Assembly (NCBI GenBank): GCA_025463465.1
Contig: JAODAO010000274.1
Coordinates: 4,097-68,096, forward strand
Reading direction: 5' to 3'
Origin: Glaciihabitans sp.
Lineage (GTDB): Bacteria > Actinomycetota > Actinomycetes > Actinomycetales > Microbacteriaceae
Length of the DNA stretch: 64,000 nucleotides
How positions within the stretch are numbered: the first letter of the stretch is position 1; each line of letters starts with the position of its first letter. Below the pieces are notes generated by a model that made no database searches, was not told the origin of the DNA, and was given only the letters and a program-made list of their open reading frames with translations. Positions 45,380 through 54,729 of this stretch are shown here, piece by piece. Position numbers and translations under genes: made by a program.

Positions 45380-47040
45380 GCGCCGTCGTCGACATTAGAA
45401 ACCTGAAGATCACCTTTGCCACCGATGGGGCGCCGGTGCGCGCCGTCGACGGTGTCACGCTGTCGGTGCAAGCCGGCGAGGTCCTCGCCATCGTGGGGGA
45501 GTCCGGGAGCGGCAAAACCGTTACCGCGAAAAGTATCCTCGGTCTCCTGCCTGACACCGCGACCAAGTCAGGTGTTGTCCTGCTCGGCAGCAACGACATC
45601 ATCCAGCTCAGCGGTGCAAAGCTGCGTGCCGTACGCGGTACCGACGTCGCCATGGTCTTCCAGGAACCGTCCACCGCGCTTAACCCCGTCTACACCGTGG
45701 GCTGGCAGATTGCAGAGGGCCTGCGCGCCCACGGCGACTTCACCAAAAAGCAGGCGCGCGCCAAGGCGATCGACATTCTCGGCAAAGTGGGGATCCCCGA
45801 CGCTGAACACCGGGTCGACTACTACCCTCACCAGTTTTCCGGTGGCCAGAAGCAGCGTGTGGTCATCGCGATGGCCCTGGTGTTGGAACCCGGTGTTATC
45901 GTCGCCGACGAGCCCACCACCGCGCTGGACGTGACGGTGCAGGCCGAGATTCTCGACCTGCTGCGCCGCTGCCGTGATGAATTCGGTGCCGCCATTGTGC
46001 TGATCACCCACAACATGGGTGTTGTCGCTGACCTGGCCGACCGGGTGGCGGTGATGTACAACGGCAAAGTCGTTGAGGAAGCGGATGCCACAGCCCTGTT
46101 CTCCGCCCCGAAGCACGAGTACACCCAGCGCCTGCTCGCCGCCGTACCGAAACTCGGCACCGGTCTTGCGCGTACCCAGGAACGTGCTGCGGCGCGCCCC
46201 TCGGTCGAAAGCACTCCTGTTGTTGTCGCGAGGGACCTCGTCATCGAGTACCCCGGCCGCTTCGGCCGCGGCGGCTTCCGCGCGGTCGACGGCGTCAGCC
46301 TGCAGATCCACGCCGGCGAGGTGCTCGGCCTTGTTGGAGAGAGCGGTTCGGGTAAAACCACCATCGGACGGGCCATTGGCGGCCTGACCAAAATCACCGG
46401 CGGTTCCCTCAATGTCCTCGGCACCGAGATGCTCGGTGTGCGGGAGCGCACGTTCAAACCGCTGCGCAGCGACATCGGCTTTGTGTTCCAGGACCCTGCC
46501 TCCAGTTTCAACCCGCTGCTGACGATCGCAGAGTGCGTCGCGGAGCCGCTGCTGGTGCATGGGAAGGCGGGGGATGCCGCATCCGCCCGGCCGCGCGTCA
46601 ACGAACTGCTCGAGGCGGTGCAGCTGCCGCGCGCATTCGGTGACCGCTACCCGCACGAACTGAGTGGTGGCCAGCGCCAGCGCGCCAGCCTCGCTCGTTC
46701 GCTCGCGCTGAACCCGACCCTGCTCATCGCCGACGAGCCCACCAGCGCGCTCGACGTGTCCGTGCAGGCGCGGGTGCTTGAACTGTTCACGGAGTTGCAG
46801 AAGGACCTCGGTTTCGCGGCCCTGTTCATTAGCCACGACCTCGCCGTGGTCGACCTGCTGGCCGACCGTATCGCGGTGCTTTACCACGGCAAACTGGTTG
46901 AGGAAGGAACCGGGGCAGAGGTGCTCGGCGCCCCGCAGCACCCCTACACCCAGCGCCTGCTCGCCTCACTTCCGGTCCCGGACCCGGTAGAGCAGGCCGC
47001 ACGGCGCGAGCGACTTCATCTGTTGCAGGCAAACGACTGA
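45376..47040 (+). CDS. Peptide ABC ATP-binding protein, fused DppD/F
   Basis: Two GESGSGKT motifs, FSGGQ/LSGGQ, ADEPT, ITHN/ISHD. Confidence 0.95.
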   Translation: MSAVVDIRNLKITFATDGAPVRAVDGVTLSVQAGEVLAIVGESGSGKTVTAKSILGLLPDTATKSGVVLLGSNDIIQLSGAKLRAVRGTDVAMVFQEPSTALNPVYTVGWQIAEGLRAHGDFTKKQARAKAIDILGKVGIPDAEHRVDYYPHQFSGGQKQRVVIAMALVLEPGVIVADEPTTALDVTVQAEILDLLRRCRDEFGAAIVLITHNMGVVADLADRVAVMYNGKVVEEADATALFSAPKHEYTQRLLAAVPKLGTGLARTQERAAARPSVESTPVVVARDLVIEYPGRFGRGGFRAVDGVSLQIHAGEVLGLVGESGSGKTTIGRAIGGLTKITGGSLNVLGTEMLGVRERTFKPLRSDIGFVFQDPASSFNPLLTIAECVAEPLLVHGKAGDAASARPRVNELLEAVQLPRAFGDRYPHELSGGQRQRASLARSLALNPTLLIADEPTSALDVSVQARVLELFTELQKDLGFAALFISHDLAVVDLLADRIAVLYHGKLVEEGTGAEVLGAPQHPYTQRLLASLPVPDPVEQAARRERLHLLQAND

Positions 47041-47113
47041 TACCGTGATGGCCGGGCGGCGTCTGCGTCGCCCGGTATGCCCAGCCCATTCGCGAACCCA
47101 CGGGACAACACCA

Positions 47114-47953
47114 ATGGCAGTCAGCGCCGTCGCCGTCCAGGCCGATGACCTCACCCTCGATTACCCTGCCCGGCGTCGCGGCGACGGCCAACCCGCCGTC
47201 GGTGGGGTGTCTTTCTCGATCGGAACCGGCGAGATCCTCGCACTACTGGGCGAAACAGGTTCCGGCAAAAGCACCCTCGCCGCTGCCGTCGCCGGTCGCC
47301 TTGGCCGTGCCGGCCACGGGCTGCGCGGTGGCCCCAGCATCACCGGCGGGTCTCTCACCGTCCTCGAGCAGTCCATCCGGGAGCTGACGCCGCGCCGGCG
47401 CGATCACCTCACCCTCCGGGTCGGTTATCTTCCCCAAGACGGCGGCAGCCTGCTGACGCCGCGCCTGACGGCGGGCGAGAACATCGCTGAACCAATCTTC
47501 TCCCGCGACCGTCGATTCGACGTCGACGAGGCAGGGATCGCCGTGGCGACAGCGCTCGACGCCGTGCGCCTGCCCCTTAGCCTGCTTTCCAGCTACCCCC
47601 ACGAACTCAGCCAGGGCCAGCGCCAGCGGGTAGCCATCGCCAAGGCCCTGGTCCTCGACCCGCAGGTGCTCGTCGCAGACGACCCCACCGCCGGTGTTGA
47701 ACCCACAGCGCGTAACGCGATCCTCGACATCATTCGTGCGCTGCAACGCGAAAAGTCGTTGTCGGCCCTCGTGGTGAGCAACAGCGTCAGCGAGGTACAT
47801 CGCGTCAGCGACCGGGCTGCCGTGATGCACCGCGGAACGATTGTGGGCATCGGGTCGATCGACGACGTGCTCGATTCGCAGGAACACGAGTACGTGCGAG
47901 GACTCTCCCTGACCGGCGGTACCAGCCGGTCGGCCGAAGCAGCACTGACCTGA
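47114..47953 (+). CDS. Peptide-ABC-type ATP-binding protein with degenerate catalytic motifs
   Basis: GETGSGKS intact; LSQGQ, VADDP, VVSNS altered. Start could be 47045/47048. Confidence 0.85.
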   Translation: MAVSAVAVQADDLTLDYPARRRGDGQPAVGGVSFSIGTGEILALLGETGSGKSTLAAAVAGRLGRAGHGLRGGPSITGGSLTVLEQSIRELTPRRRDHLTLRVGYLPQDGGSLLTPRLTAGENIAEPIFSRDRRFDVDEAGIAVATALDAVRLPLSLLSSYPHELSQGQRQRVAIAKALVLDPQVLVADDPTAGVEPTARNAILDIIRALQREKSLSALVVSNSVSEVHRVSDRAAVMHRGTIVGIGSIDDVLDSQEHEYVRGLSLTGGTSRSAEAALT

Positions 47954-48004
47954 CGCTCCCAGCGCCGGCTGAGAGCGACCTTCCACCAGAAGCCAAGGAG
48001 CACC

Positions 48005-49033
48005 ATGCCAGACGCCGCCTTCCACTTCAACGCGAAGACAGTGTGGCCGGAGCTGTCACTGTGGATCGGCGGATACACCGCCGAGATGGACGGGGCGGCC
48101 GCCGGCATCGGACTGATTGGCGCAGAGCCGGGGCGCACTCCAACCTACGAACTGGCCGCCGCGGCAACCTCTCCGTCGTACCTCACCCGCTCCGGTGATC
48201 TCCTGTACACGGTCGGTGAGAGCGCAGCAACGGTATCCGCCTACCGCATCAACGGCAGCTTCCTCCGGCATCTTGCAACGGTCGAGGCGGCGGGTGCTTC
48301 CCCCTGCAGCCTTGCGGTGGTCGGTCCGTTCCTGGTCACCGCCAGCTACGGCGACGGTGCGGTCGGTGTGCACCGCCTGTCCGCTGACGGTTCGCCGGGG
48401 CCGGTGGCGCAGACCCTGGTCGATTCGGGTGCCGGTCCCCACGCCGTGCAGGACGGCCCGCACGCCCATGACGTGCTGCTGGTGGATGGCTCCACCGTGC
48501 TCACCACCGACCTCGGAACCGATCGTGTGCATATCCACCGGGTCACCGACGCGGGGCTCGAGCGCACCGGATCGGTGCAACTGCCCGCCGGGTCCGGGCC
48601 GCGCGACCTACTCCTGCACAACTCCGGCGTTGTCTGGGTGCTCGGCGAACTGGGCTGCGACATCTTTGTTCTCCGACGAGCCGGAGAGACGTTCGAGGTG
48701 GCGGGGCGCACGGGGTTGCCGGGCGCGGCTGGCACGGACCACGCGGCGGGCCTCGCCAGGAACGGTGACGGCAGTCGGCTGTACGTGGGCCTGCGCGGCA
48801 CCAATCGTGTCTCCTGGCTCGTTACGAGCCCCGATGGACTCACCATGAGCGCGGGCGGTTCTGTCGACTGTGGCGGCAACTGGCCGCGCCACGTCGTTGT
48901 TGTCGACACAACCCTTCTCGTCGCCAACCAGCTGTCGAGCGACATATCCAGCTTTCAACTGGGCCACGACGGCACCCCGACCCTGGTGAAAATGATTCCG
49001 GCGCCGAGCCCGACGTACCTGCTACCGATTTAG
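48005..49033 (+). CDS. Lactonase family 7-bladed beta-propeller (6-phosphogluconolactonase-like)
   Basis: SPSYL, ASYGDG, QDGPHAH, TDLGTD, GSGPRD, GGNWPRH, VANQLS. Confidence 0.9.
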   Translation: MPDAAFHFNAKTVWPELSLWIGGYTAEMDGAAAGIGLIGAEPGRTPTYELAAAATSPSYLTRSGDLLYTVGESAATVSAYRINGSFLRHLATVEAAGASPCSLAVVGPFLVTASYGDGAVGVHRLSADGSPGPVAQTLVDSGAGPHAVQDGPHAHDVLLVDGSTVLTTDLGTDRVHIHRVTDAGLERTGSVQLPAGSGPRDLLLHNSGVVWVLGELGCDIFVLRRAGETFEVAGRTGLPGAAGTDHAAGLARNGDGSRLYVGLRGTNRVSWLVTSPDGLTMSAGGSVDCGGNWPRHVVVVDTTLLVANQLSSDISSFQLGHDGTPTLVKMIPAPSPTYLLPI

Positions 49034-49046
49034 CCCGACACGCCGA

Positions 49047-49343
49047 TCAGGCCAAAAAGTCCAGAAGTTCCTGCTCAACTCCGAGGCCACGCCAACTCTC
49101 GCTCGCGTACGGCTCGCGGCCGGGCAGGGCGAGAAACCCCACGGCACGGATTCCGGAGTACGCGATCAGGACGGGTCGCTCAATATCCAGCAATTGAGCG
49201 ACCAAACGGGTCCTGCGCCGCTCAGAACGTTCCACCAGGTGCCGCGCCCTCGCGAGGATCCGATGGCGCTCAGCTTCGGCGAGCAGGGGCCACAATCGGT
49301 CGACGTCGGCCGGGGTTGCCACGCGGATTACGAACTCACCCAT
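49047..49343 (-). CDS. Small GNAT-like hypothetical protein
   Basis: IRVATPADV start, VGFL, WRGLGV (motif-A-like); only 98 aa. Confidence 0.55.
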   Translation of the reverse strand: MGEFVIRVATPADVDRLWPLLAEAERHRILARARHLVERSERRRTRLVAQLLDIERPVLIAYSGIRAVGFLALPGREPYASESWRGLGVEQELLDFLA

Positions 49344-49423
49344 CGCAGAAGGGTACCGAGTGGATTTGGACAGGGCAAAAGGTTTGCTAGGATAATCGAG
49401 TTGTTTCAGCAAGGAAACAGTAA

Positions 49424-49496
49424 TCCTCGATAGCTCAATTGGCAGAGCAACGCACTGTTAATGCGTAGGTTCTTGGTTCGAGTCCAAGTCGGGGAG
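49424..49496 (+). tRNA. tRNA-Asn (GTT)
   Basis: TCCTCGA/TCGGGGA acceptor, ACGCA-CTGTTAA-TGCGT anticodon arm, GTTCGAGT T-loop; CCA not encoded. Confidence 0.96.
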
Positions 49497-49498
49497 CT

Positions 49499-49535
49499 AA
49501 ACCCCCAGCCCTCCACGGCTGGGGGTTTTTTATTT
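49499..49535 (+). terminator. Intrinsic terminator after tRNA-Asn
   Basis: CCCCCAGCC-CTCCAC-GGCTGGGGG-TTTTTTATTT. Confidence 0.9.
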
Positions 49536-49647
49536 GTCCAGCGGCACAGGCGTTTGGCCGGATTCCCCGGTCGGAGCGCAGAAATATCCTGCGCGATAGT
49601 CTTCCACTGGGCCAAAACCGGCCACACCGGCCAAAGGGAGAGCGTTC

Positions 49648-50559
49648 GTGATCGACTGGCTCGATAAGAACACCGCCGTCCTCCTTCCCGTCCTCGCCAT
49701 CGCGGCCCCCGTGCTGCTGGTGAGCACACTGGTGTTCCTTGTCGCCTGGCTTCACACCCGCCACCTTCGGCGGGAGGACGGCTTCGACCAGCAGGACGCC
49801 GAGGCAGACATCCGCGAGCTCGAGTTGAGCCTCGCCGAGCAGACGGCCCGACTTCGCATCATCCGCGAGTTGCACGAGGTCGGTGTGCATTCCCTTTCGG
49901 TGATGATCAGCCAGGCCGAGGGAGTCCGTTTCGCCGCAGAGCAGGATCCCGCCGCCGCGGTACGACTGGCTACCGTTGTGGCCGACGCTGCGCGCAGCAC
50001 CCAGGCCGACCTGCGTCGTGTGATGACCGTGGTGGGGGAGGGTGACATCGGGCTCGAGTCACAGACCCGCATCGATGCCGCCTCCGAACTGTTCACCAGC
50101 ATGCGCGCCGCCGGCCTGGACATCATCGTAGAAGAAACGGGCGAGCGGTTCGACCTGATCCCCGGCGCAGAGCTCGCCGTGATGCGCATCCTGCAGCAGT
50201 CCCTCGCCAACTCGCTGAAACACGGCGGTGAGGGAACCCAGGCCACCGTCATCCTCAACTGGACCATCGACGGCCTGCGCCTGCTCATCGACGACGATGG
50301 CGCCCGCGCCAGGGAACGTCGCGCAGGGCTCGACCCCAACCGGATCGCACGTGAGCGAGGGGTCAGCTCAGACGACAAGTTGTCGGCCCTCACCGAGCAG
50401 GTCCTCGGTGCGGAGATCACCGAAATGCGCGAACGCGCGACGCTGTTCGGCGGCGTCTTCAACGCCTACCTGGTTCCGGGCGTCGGATTCTCCGTTGCCG
50501 TCGCCTTCCCGGCGCTGCGGTACCACAACGGCGTCCACGGCGTGAACCTCGAGGGCTGA
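49648..50559 (+). CDS. Orphan HisKA_3-type histidine-kinase-like protein with atypical ATPase domain
   Basis: One TM; RIIRELHEVGVHSL; QQSLANSLKHG; DDDG; EMRERA. Confidence 0.8.
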   Translation: MIDWLDKNTAVLLPVLAIAAPVLLVSTLVFLVAWLHTRHLRREDGFDQQDAEADIRELELSLAEQTARLRIIRELHEVGVHSLSVMISQAEGVRFAAEQDPAAAVRLATVVADAARSTQADLRRVMTVVGEGDIGLESQTRIDAASELFTSMRAAGLDIIVEETGERFDLIPGAELAVMRILQQSLANSLKHGGEGTQATVILNWTIDGLRLLIDDDGARARERRAGLDPNRIARERGVSSDDKLSALTEQVLGAEITEMRERATLFGGVFNAYLVPGVGFSVAVAFPALRYHNGVHGVNLEG

Positions 50560-50646
50560 AAACCAACCTGCGACAGCCGGTAGGCGTGCCAAGAGGGTAG
50601 AACCGTCGCGGCCGCTGGCGGGGCTACCGCTCGCCGCTCGTGGCCG

Positions 50647-51213
50647 CTACTCGTCGAGGTTGTCGACTCCCGGCATCCAGCTCAGCTGTGGTTTGCCCCA
50701 GCCGCTTTTGCGGATGGCCTTCGCCGCCGCCTTCGCGTGGCTGTGCTCCAGCCGGTCGGCGTAGAGGATCCCGTTCAGGTGGTCGAACTCGTGCTGGAAG
50801 ATCCGGGCCAACCAGCCCTCCGCGTGAATCTCGAACGGCTCGTTGTTGGCGTCGACGGCCTTGAGGATGGCAAGCTCCGCCCGACGCAACGGAAAACGTT
50901 CCCCCGGGATCGACAGGCAGCCCTCCGACTCCTCGTCCTCGTCGGCCTCACCGACGGTGGTTGGGGTGATCCACAACTCCGGATTGATCGCGACGCCGCT
51001 GGTTTCGACGTCGTCATCGTCGGTCCAGGAGAAGACGAAGATGCGGCTGCTCACCCCAACCTGTGGGGCCGCGAGGCCAACACCGGGCGCCGCGTGCATG
51101 GTCTCAACCATGTCGGCGACGAGGGCGGAGAGGGCATCGTCGAAGACGGTGACGGGGGAGGCGACGGTGTGCAGAACCGGATCGCCGGTGATGAGAATGG
51201 GGAGTACGGCCAT
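50647..51213 (-). CDS. def: Peptide deformylase
   Basis: GVGLAAPQVG, EGCLS, QHEFDH. Confidence 0.97.
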   Translation of the reverse strand: MAVLPILITGDPVLHTVASPVTVFDDALSALVADMVETMHAAPGVGLAAPQVGVSSRIFVFSWTDDDDVETSGVAINPELWITPTTVGEADEDEESEGCLSIPGERFPLRRAELAILKAVDANNEPFEIHAEGWLARIFQHEFDHLNGILYADRLEHSHAKAAAKAIRKSGWGKPQLSWMPGVDNLDE

Positions 51214-51253
51214 TCACACAGGTTATCGGGCCCGCACCGGGTAGATTCGACCC

Positions 51254-52195
51254 GTGCCACCCGAAATCGCTCTGCTCACTGACCCGATCTCGTTGACTCC
51301 CTACGAGGCGCTGGGTATCCCGATCGCGCTCGTAGGTTCGGTATTTCTCGCCCTCGGGGCACAATTTCAGCACCGCGGGGTGGGCAAGGTGGATGCCGCG
51401 AGTGCGGTAGGCGGCCAAAAGGGTCTCAGTGTCCGACAGCTGTTGGCACTTCTGCGTCGCCCGTCCTGGGTTATCGGCACTGTGATGCTCGGTCTCGCCG
51501 TGGTGTTCCAGCTGACGAGCCTCTACTTCGCACCCCTCATCGTTGTGCAGCCCCTCGGTGCGGTTGGCCTCGTGATCACCGCCGTGGTCAACGCGAGGGT
51601 CAGCAAGGTCAGACTCGACCGGGCCTCCATCCGCGCCATCGCTTTCTGCGTGGGCGGGGTGGGCATCTTCGTGGGCATCGCGTCCTTCACCGCCGCCTCG
51701 AAACCCATCACCGAGCGAGAGCTCTCGATCGTTTTGATCATCCTCGCCGGGGTCCTCGCGGCGTTCGGGGTCTTCTTCGCCCTGTTCCGCCACCGCTTTA
51801 AGGTCATCTTCTACATCGTGGGTGCCGGCGTCCTGTTTGGCTTCGTCGCCACCCTGGCGAAAGTGGTCATCGACCGCGTGAAGACGCTGCTGCTGCCCGA
51901 GACCTCGGCCAGTTCGGGGGAGTGGCTGACCATCGTGTGCGTAATCGCCCTGATCGCCGCGGCGGCCCTCGGCTCCTACTTTGTGCAGACGGCATATTCC
52001 TCGGGTCCGCCCGACCTCGTTGTCGCCGGTCTGACCGTCATCGACCCGCTCATCGCGGTGACGATCGGCGTTGTCGTCCTGGGGGAGGCAGCAAACGCGC
52101 CAACCTGGGCGTTCTTTGCTTTTGTCGCCGCCGGGGCCATCGCCATCTACGGGGTGTTGCAGCTCGCCAAACATCATCCCCAAACGAATCGCTAG
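51254..52195 (+). CDS. DMT family transporter (NIPA-like)
   Basis: About 9 TM helices, APLIVVQPLG, VIDPLIAV...LGE. Confidence 0.85.
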   Translation: MPPEIALLTDPISLTPYEALGIPIALVGSVFLALGAQFQHRGVGKVDAASAVGGQKGLSVRQLLALLRRPSWVIGTVMLGLAVVFQLTSLYFAPLIVVQPLGAVGLVITAVVNARVSKVRLDRASIRAIAFCVGGVGIFVGIASFTAASKPITERELSIVLIILAGVLAAFGVFFALFRHRFKVIFYIVGAGVLFGFVATLAKVVIDRVKTLLLPETSASSGEWLTIVCVIALIAAAALGSYFVQTAYSSGPPDLVVAGLTVIDPLIAVTIGVVVLGEAANAPTWAFFAFVAAGAIAIYGVLQLAKHHPQTNR

Positions 52196-52277
52196 GGTAC
52201 GTTGGACGTAGCGCTCCAGCTGACCACGTCGCCGGTGGAGTGCTGCCGACGCGACCGACTGCAAGGAATCTTCTAAC

Positions 52278-53543
52278 TTGACTGACGCACCGCAGAGTTC
52301 GGCCCCGCCAGCGGCTCCCATGCGCATCGTTATCGGCGCTGACACCTTCGCGCCAGAGATCAACGGATCCGCGATGTTCGCAGCCCGGCTCGCCGCGGGG
52401 CTCACCGCGCGCGGCCACGAGGTGCACATGGTCGCCCCGGCGTTCAGCTATCGCCGCTTCGGCACCTTCACCGAGGAGCACGAGGGCCAGAGTTTCACCG
52501 TCCATCGCCTCTTCAGCGCCCGCTGGTATCCGCACCCGTGGCTGCGCTTCGCCATCCCGTTCCGAATCGAGCAGAACAGCGCCCGCATCCTCGACGAGGT
52601 CAAGCCCGACGTTGTGCACTTCCAGTCCCACATCATCGTGGGTCGAGGCCTGTCCCACCAGGCAGTAAAGCGTGGCATCCGGGTCATCGGCACCAATCAC
52701 TTTATGCCTGAGAACGCGCTCGAATTCGCCCACCTGCCTTCCTGGTTGGAGGCGCCGGTGGTGCGCGCAGCGTGGCGTGCCGCCGGTCGTTCCTTCGGGC
52801 GAGCCCAGGCGGTCACCACCCCGACTCGCAAGGCGGCCGACTTCCTCGAGGCCAACACCAACCTGCGGGGGGTCTACGCCATCTCCTGTGGCATCGACGC
52901 CACCAACTACACCCCCAGCTTTGAGCCGCGCACCGAGAACCTGATCGTCTTCGTCGGTCGCATCACGGGCGAAAAACAACTCGACAAGCTGGTGCGCGCC
53001 TTCGCCCTCCTCGACTCGAAATTGAACGCCAAGCTCGAACTCGTCGGCGGCGGCGACCAGGAGGCCAACCTCAAGGCGCTCGCGACCTCCCTCGGCGTGC
53101 GCCACCGGGTCAACTTCACCGGCTACGTCGAAACCGACTATCTTCGGGCAGCCCTCACCCGCGCCACCGTCTTCGCGATGCCCTCGATCGCCGAGCTGCA
53201 GAGCATCGCGACCATGGAGGCGATGGCCTCCGGCCTGCCCATCGTCGCCGCCAATGCGATGGCACTACCCCACCTCGTCCACGACGGCGAAAATGGCTTC
53301 CTGTTCGAACCGGGGGATGTCGAAGAACTCGCCGCTCGCCTCACCGACGTGCTCACCATGCCGGAGGAACAGCTTCATGCGCTGAAGCGCGAGAGTCTCA
53401 AAATTGTTGAGGCCCACGACATCCAGCGCACCCTGGCCACCTTCGAGGCGCTGTATCGGGGCGAGCTGGTCAGCGACACGATTGCCGAGCCAGCCAAACC
53501 CTCGCTACGAGAGCGCCTGGCGAAGCTGCGCGACTCCGAGTAG
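52278..53543 (+). CDS. GT4 family glycosyltransferase
   Basis: DTFAPEING, FVGRITGEK, ELQSIATMEAMASGLP. Alternative start ATG 52320. Confidence 0.92.
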   Translation: MTDAPQSSAPPAAPMRIVIGADTFAPEINGSAMFAARLAAGLTARGHEVHMVAPAFSYRRFGTFTEEHEGQSFTVHRLFSARWYPHPWLRFAIPFRIEQNSARILDEVKPDVVHFQSHIIVGRGLSHQAVKRGIRVIGTNHFMPENALEFAHLPSWLEAPVVRAAWRAAGRSFGRAQAVTTPTRKAADFLEANTNLRGVYAISCGIDATNYTPSFEPRTENLIVFVGRITGEKQLDKLVRAFALLDSKLNAKLELVGGGDQEANLKALATSLGVRHRVNFTGYVETDYLRAALTRATVFAMPSIAELQSIATMEAMASGLPIVAANAMALPHLVHDGENGFLFEPGDVEELAARLTDVLTMPEEQLHALKRESLKIVEAHDIQRTLATFEALYRGELVSDTIAEPAKPSLRERLAKLRDSE

Positions 53544-53652
53544 CTGCCCGTCGCGGCACCGGGTGGTCTGCCGAACCTGTATCGTAATGGTGCTGCATTC
53601 TTCAGGATTGCAGGTGCCACGCGAGGGTCGTTTACGACCCGGACGCCGGTAC

Positions 53653-53726
53653 GGGGCGGTAGCTCAGCTGGTTAGAGCATCGGACTCATAATCCGCCGGT
53701 CATGGGTTCAAGTCCCATCCGCCCTA
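53653..53726 (+). tRNA. tRNA with CAT anticodon, probably tRNA-Ile2 (lysidine)
   Basis: GGGGCGG/CCGCCCT acceptor, CGGA-CTCATAA-TCCG anticodon arm. Lacks initiator features (no C1:A72 mismatch, no 3GC pairs). Ile2 versus elongator Met assigned from recalled actinobacterial sequences. Confidence 0.9.
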
Positions 53727-53777
53727 CAGAAAAGCCCGGCAAGCTCCTCATCGGGCGATGGCCGGGCTTGCCTGTTC

Positions 53778-54110
53778 CTAGCGCCGGGCCGCAGAGGGCT
53801 GCCCGATCTCGACCACGGCCGGCTCGTCGAGGAGGAACAGGCCGCTGGCCGAGTTCGCCGAGGTGGTGAGGGCCTCGAGCCAGACCCGATTCAGCGTCCT
53901 GCCCGGTACCGTCATGTAGTCGTACTGGAGGGCAAGGGATTCGTGAATCCAGACGGATGACTGCCGCGGGCCGTTGTCGTCGATGACCTGCCAGGTGAAG
54001 TTGAACGATTCCTTGCGACGTAACTTCGATGTGATGACGATCTGGAGGTGCTGCAGTGCACGATCCTCGATCAGGATGGCGAGGTCAGAGTTGTAGGTCA
54101 GGGTGCCCAT
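53778..54110 (-). CDS. Microbacteriaceae small conserved protein (DUF7882-like), copy 1
   Basis: MGxLxY...EDRALQHLQIVITSKLRRKESF...VWIH...NRVWLEAL..SANSASGL..EP; RBS GGAGG. Confidence 0.8.
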   Translation of the reverse strand: MGTLTYNSDLAILIEDRALQHLQIVITSKLRRKESFNFTWQVIDDNGPRQSSVWIHESLALQYDYMTVPGRTLNRVWLEALTTSANSASGLFLLDEPAVVEIGQPSAARR

Positions 54111-54261
54111 GGTGCCTCCGATGTTTGGCCGGTCACACGGTCTGAGGTTCAGACCGGAGCCATCGGGTTAGCTCGTGAGCCGGGAAATGCGACGCTACTC
54201 GTCTCTGGCTCGATCCTGACGATTAGTCAATAAAATCACCCGAACTGGGGGTGACCGGTCG

Positions 54262-54378
54262 CTACGATGTTTCCTTCGCTTTCCTGTCCTTTTTCAGTTG
54301 CTGCGCCGAGGCTTTCTTGACGGCTTTCTTAGCCCGGCTGAACATCTTTTTGCTGATCTTCTGCATCTTCGAGACCAT
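54262..54378 (-). CDS. Unannotated 38-aa Lys-rich peptide
   Basis: MVSKMQKISKKMFSRAKKAVKKASAQQLKKDRKAKETS. RBS GAGGGAGG and -10-like TAGCGT (54408-54413) upstream; alternative ATG at 54387. Confidence 0.6.
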   Translation of the reverse strand: MVSKMQKISKKMFSRAKKAVKKASAQQLKKDRKAKETS

Positions 54379-54729
54379 TTCAGGCATCCTCCCTCGCGCT
54401 TCATCTCACGCTACGCTCGGCCGAAATATGGCACCCCGGGTTGACTTCCGACGGGAGCTGAGCGTGCCCGGGAGGTCGGCGGCGGAGCACCCATGATCCC
54501 AAGTGACGACTACGTCTCGTCGATCACTGTGACAACCCCTTGTTCGAACTGATTGCGTGAAATGTGCTGATACAGGGGAAACCCAGGCGGAATTCGGCGA
54601 GCGATTGAGCATGCTGGCACGCGGCGAAGTGACTCAAGCAGACGAAAATCGTTCACTGTCCGAAGCCCGGTTTCCACCACCCGCCAGCCGATTTTTCGGA
54701 GCGGGTCCGTGATGAGAAGGAGCATTCCA

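Noticed and set aside
54438-54540. GGGTTGAC / GACAACCCC inverted pair in the islet promoter region
   Set aside because: Short, imperfect and about 85 nt apart; could easily arise by chance.
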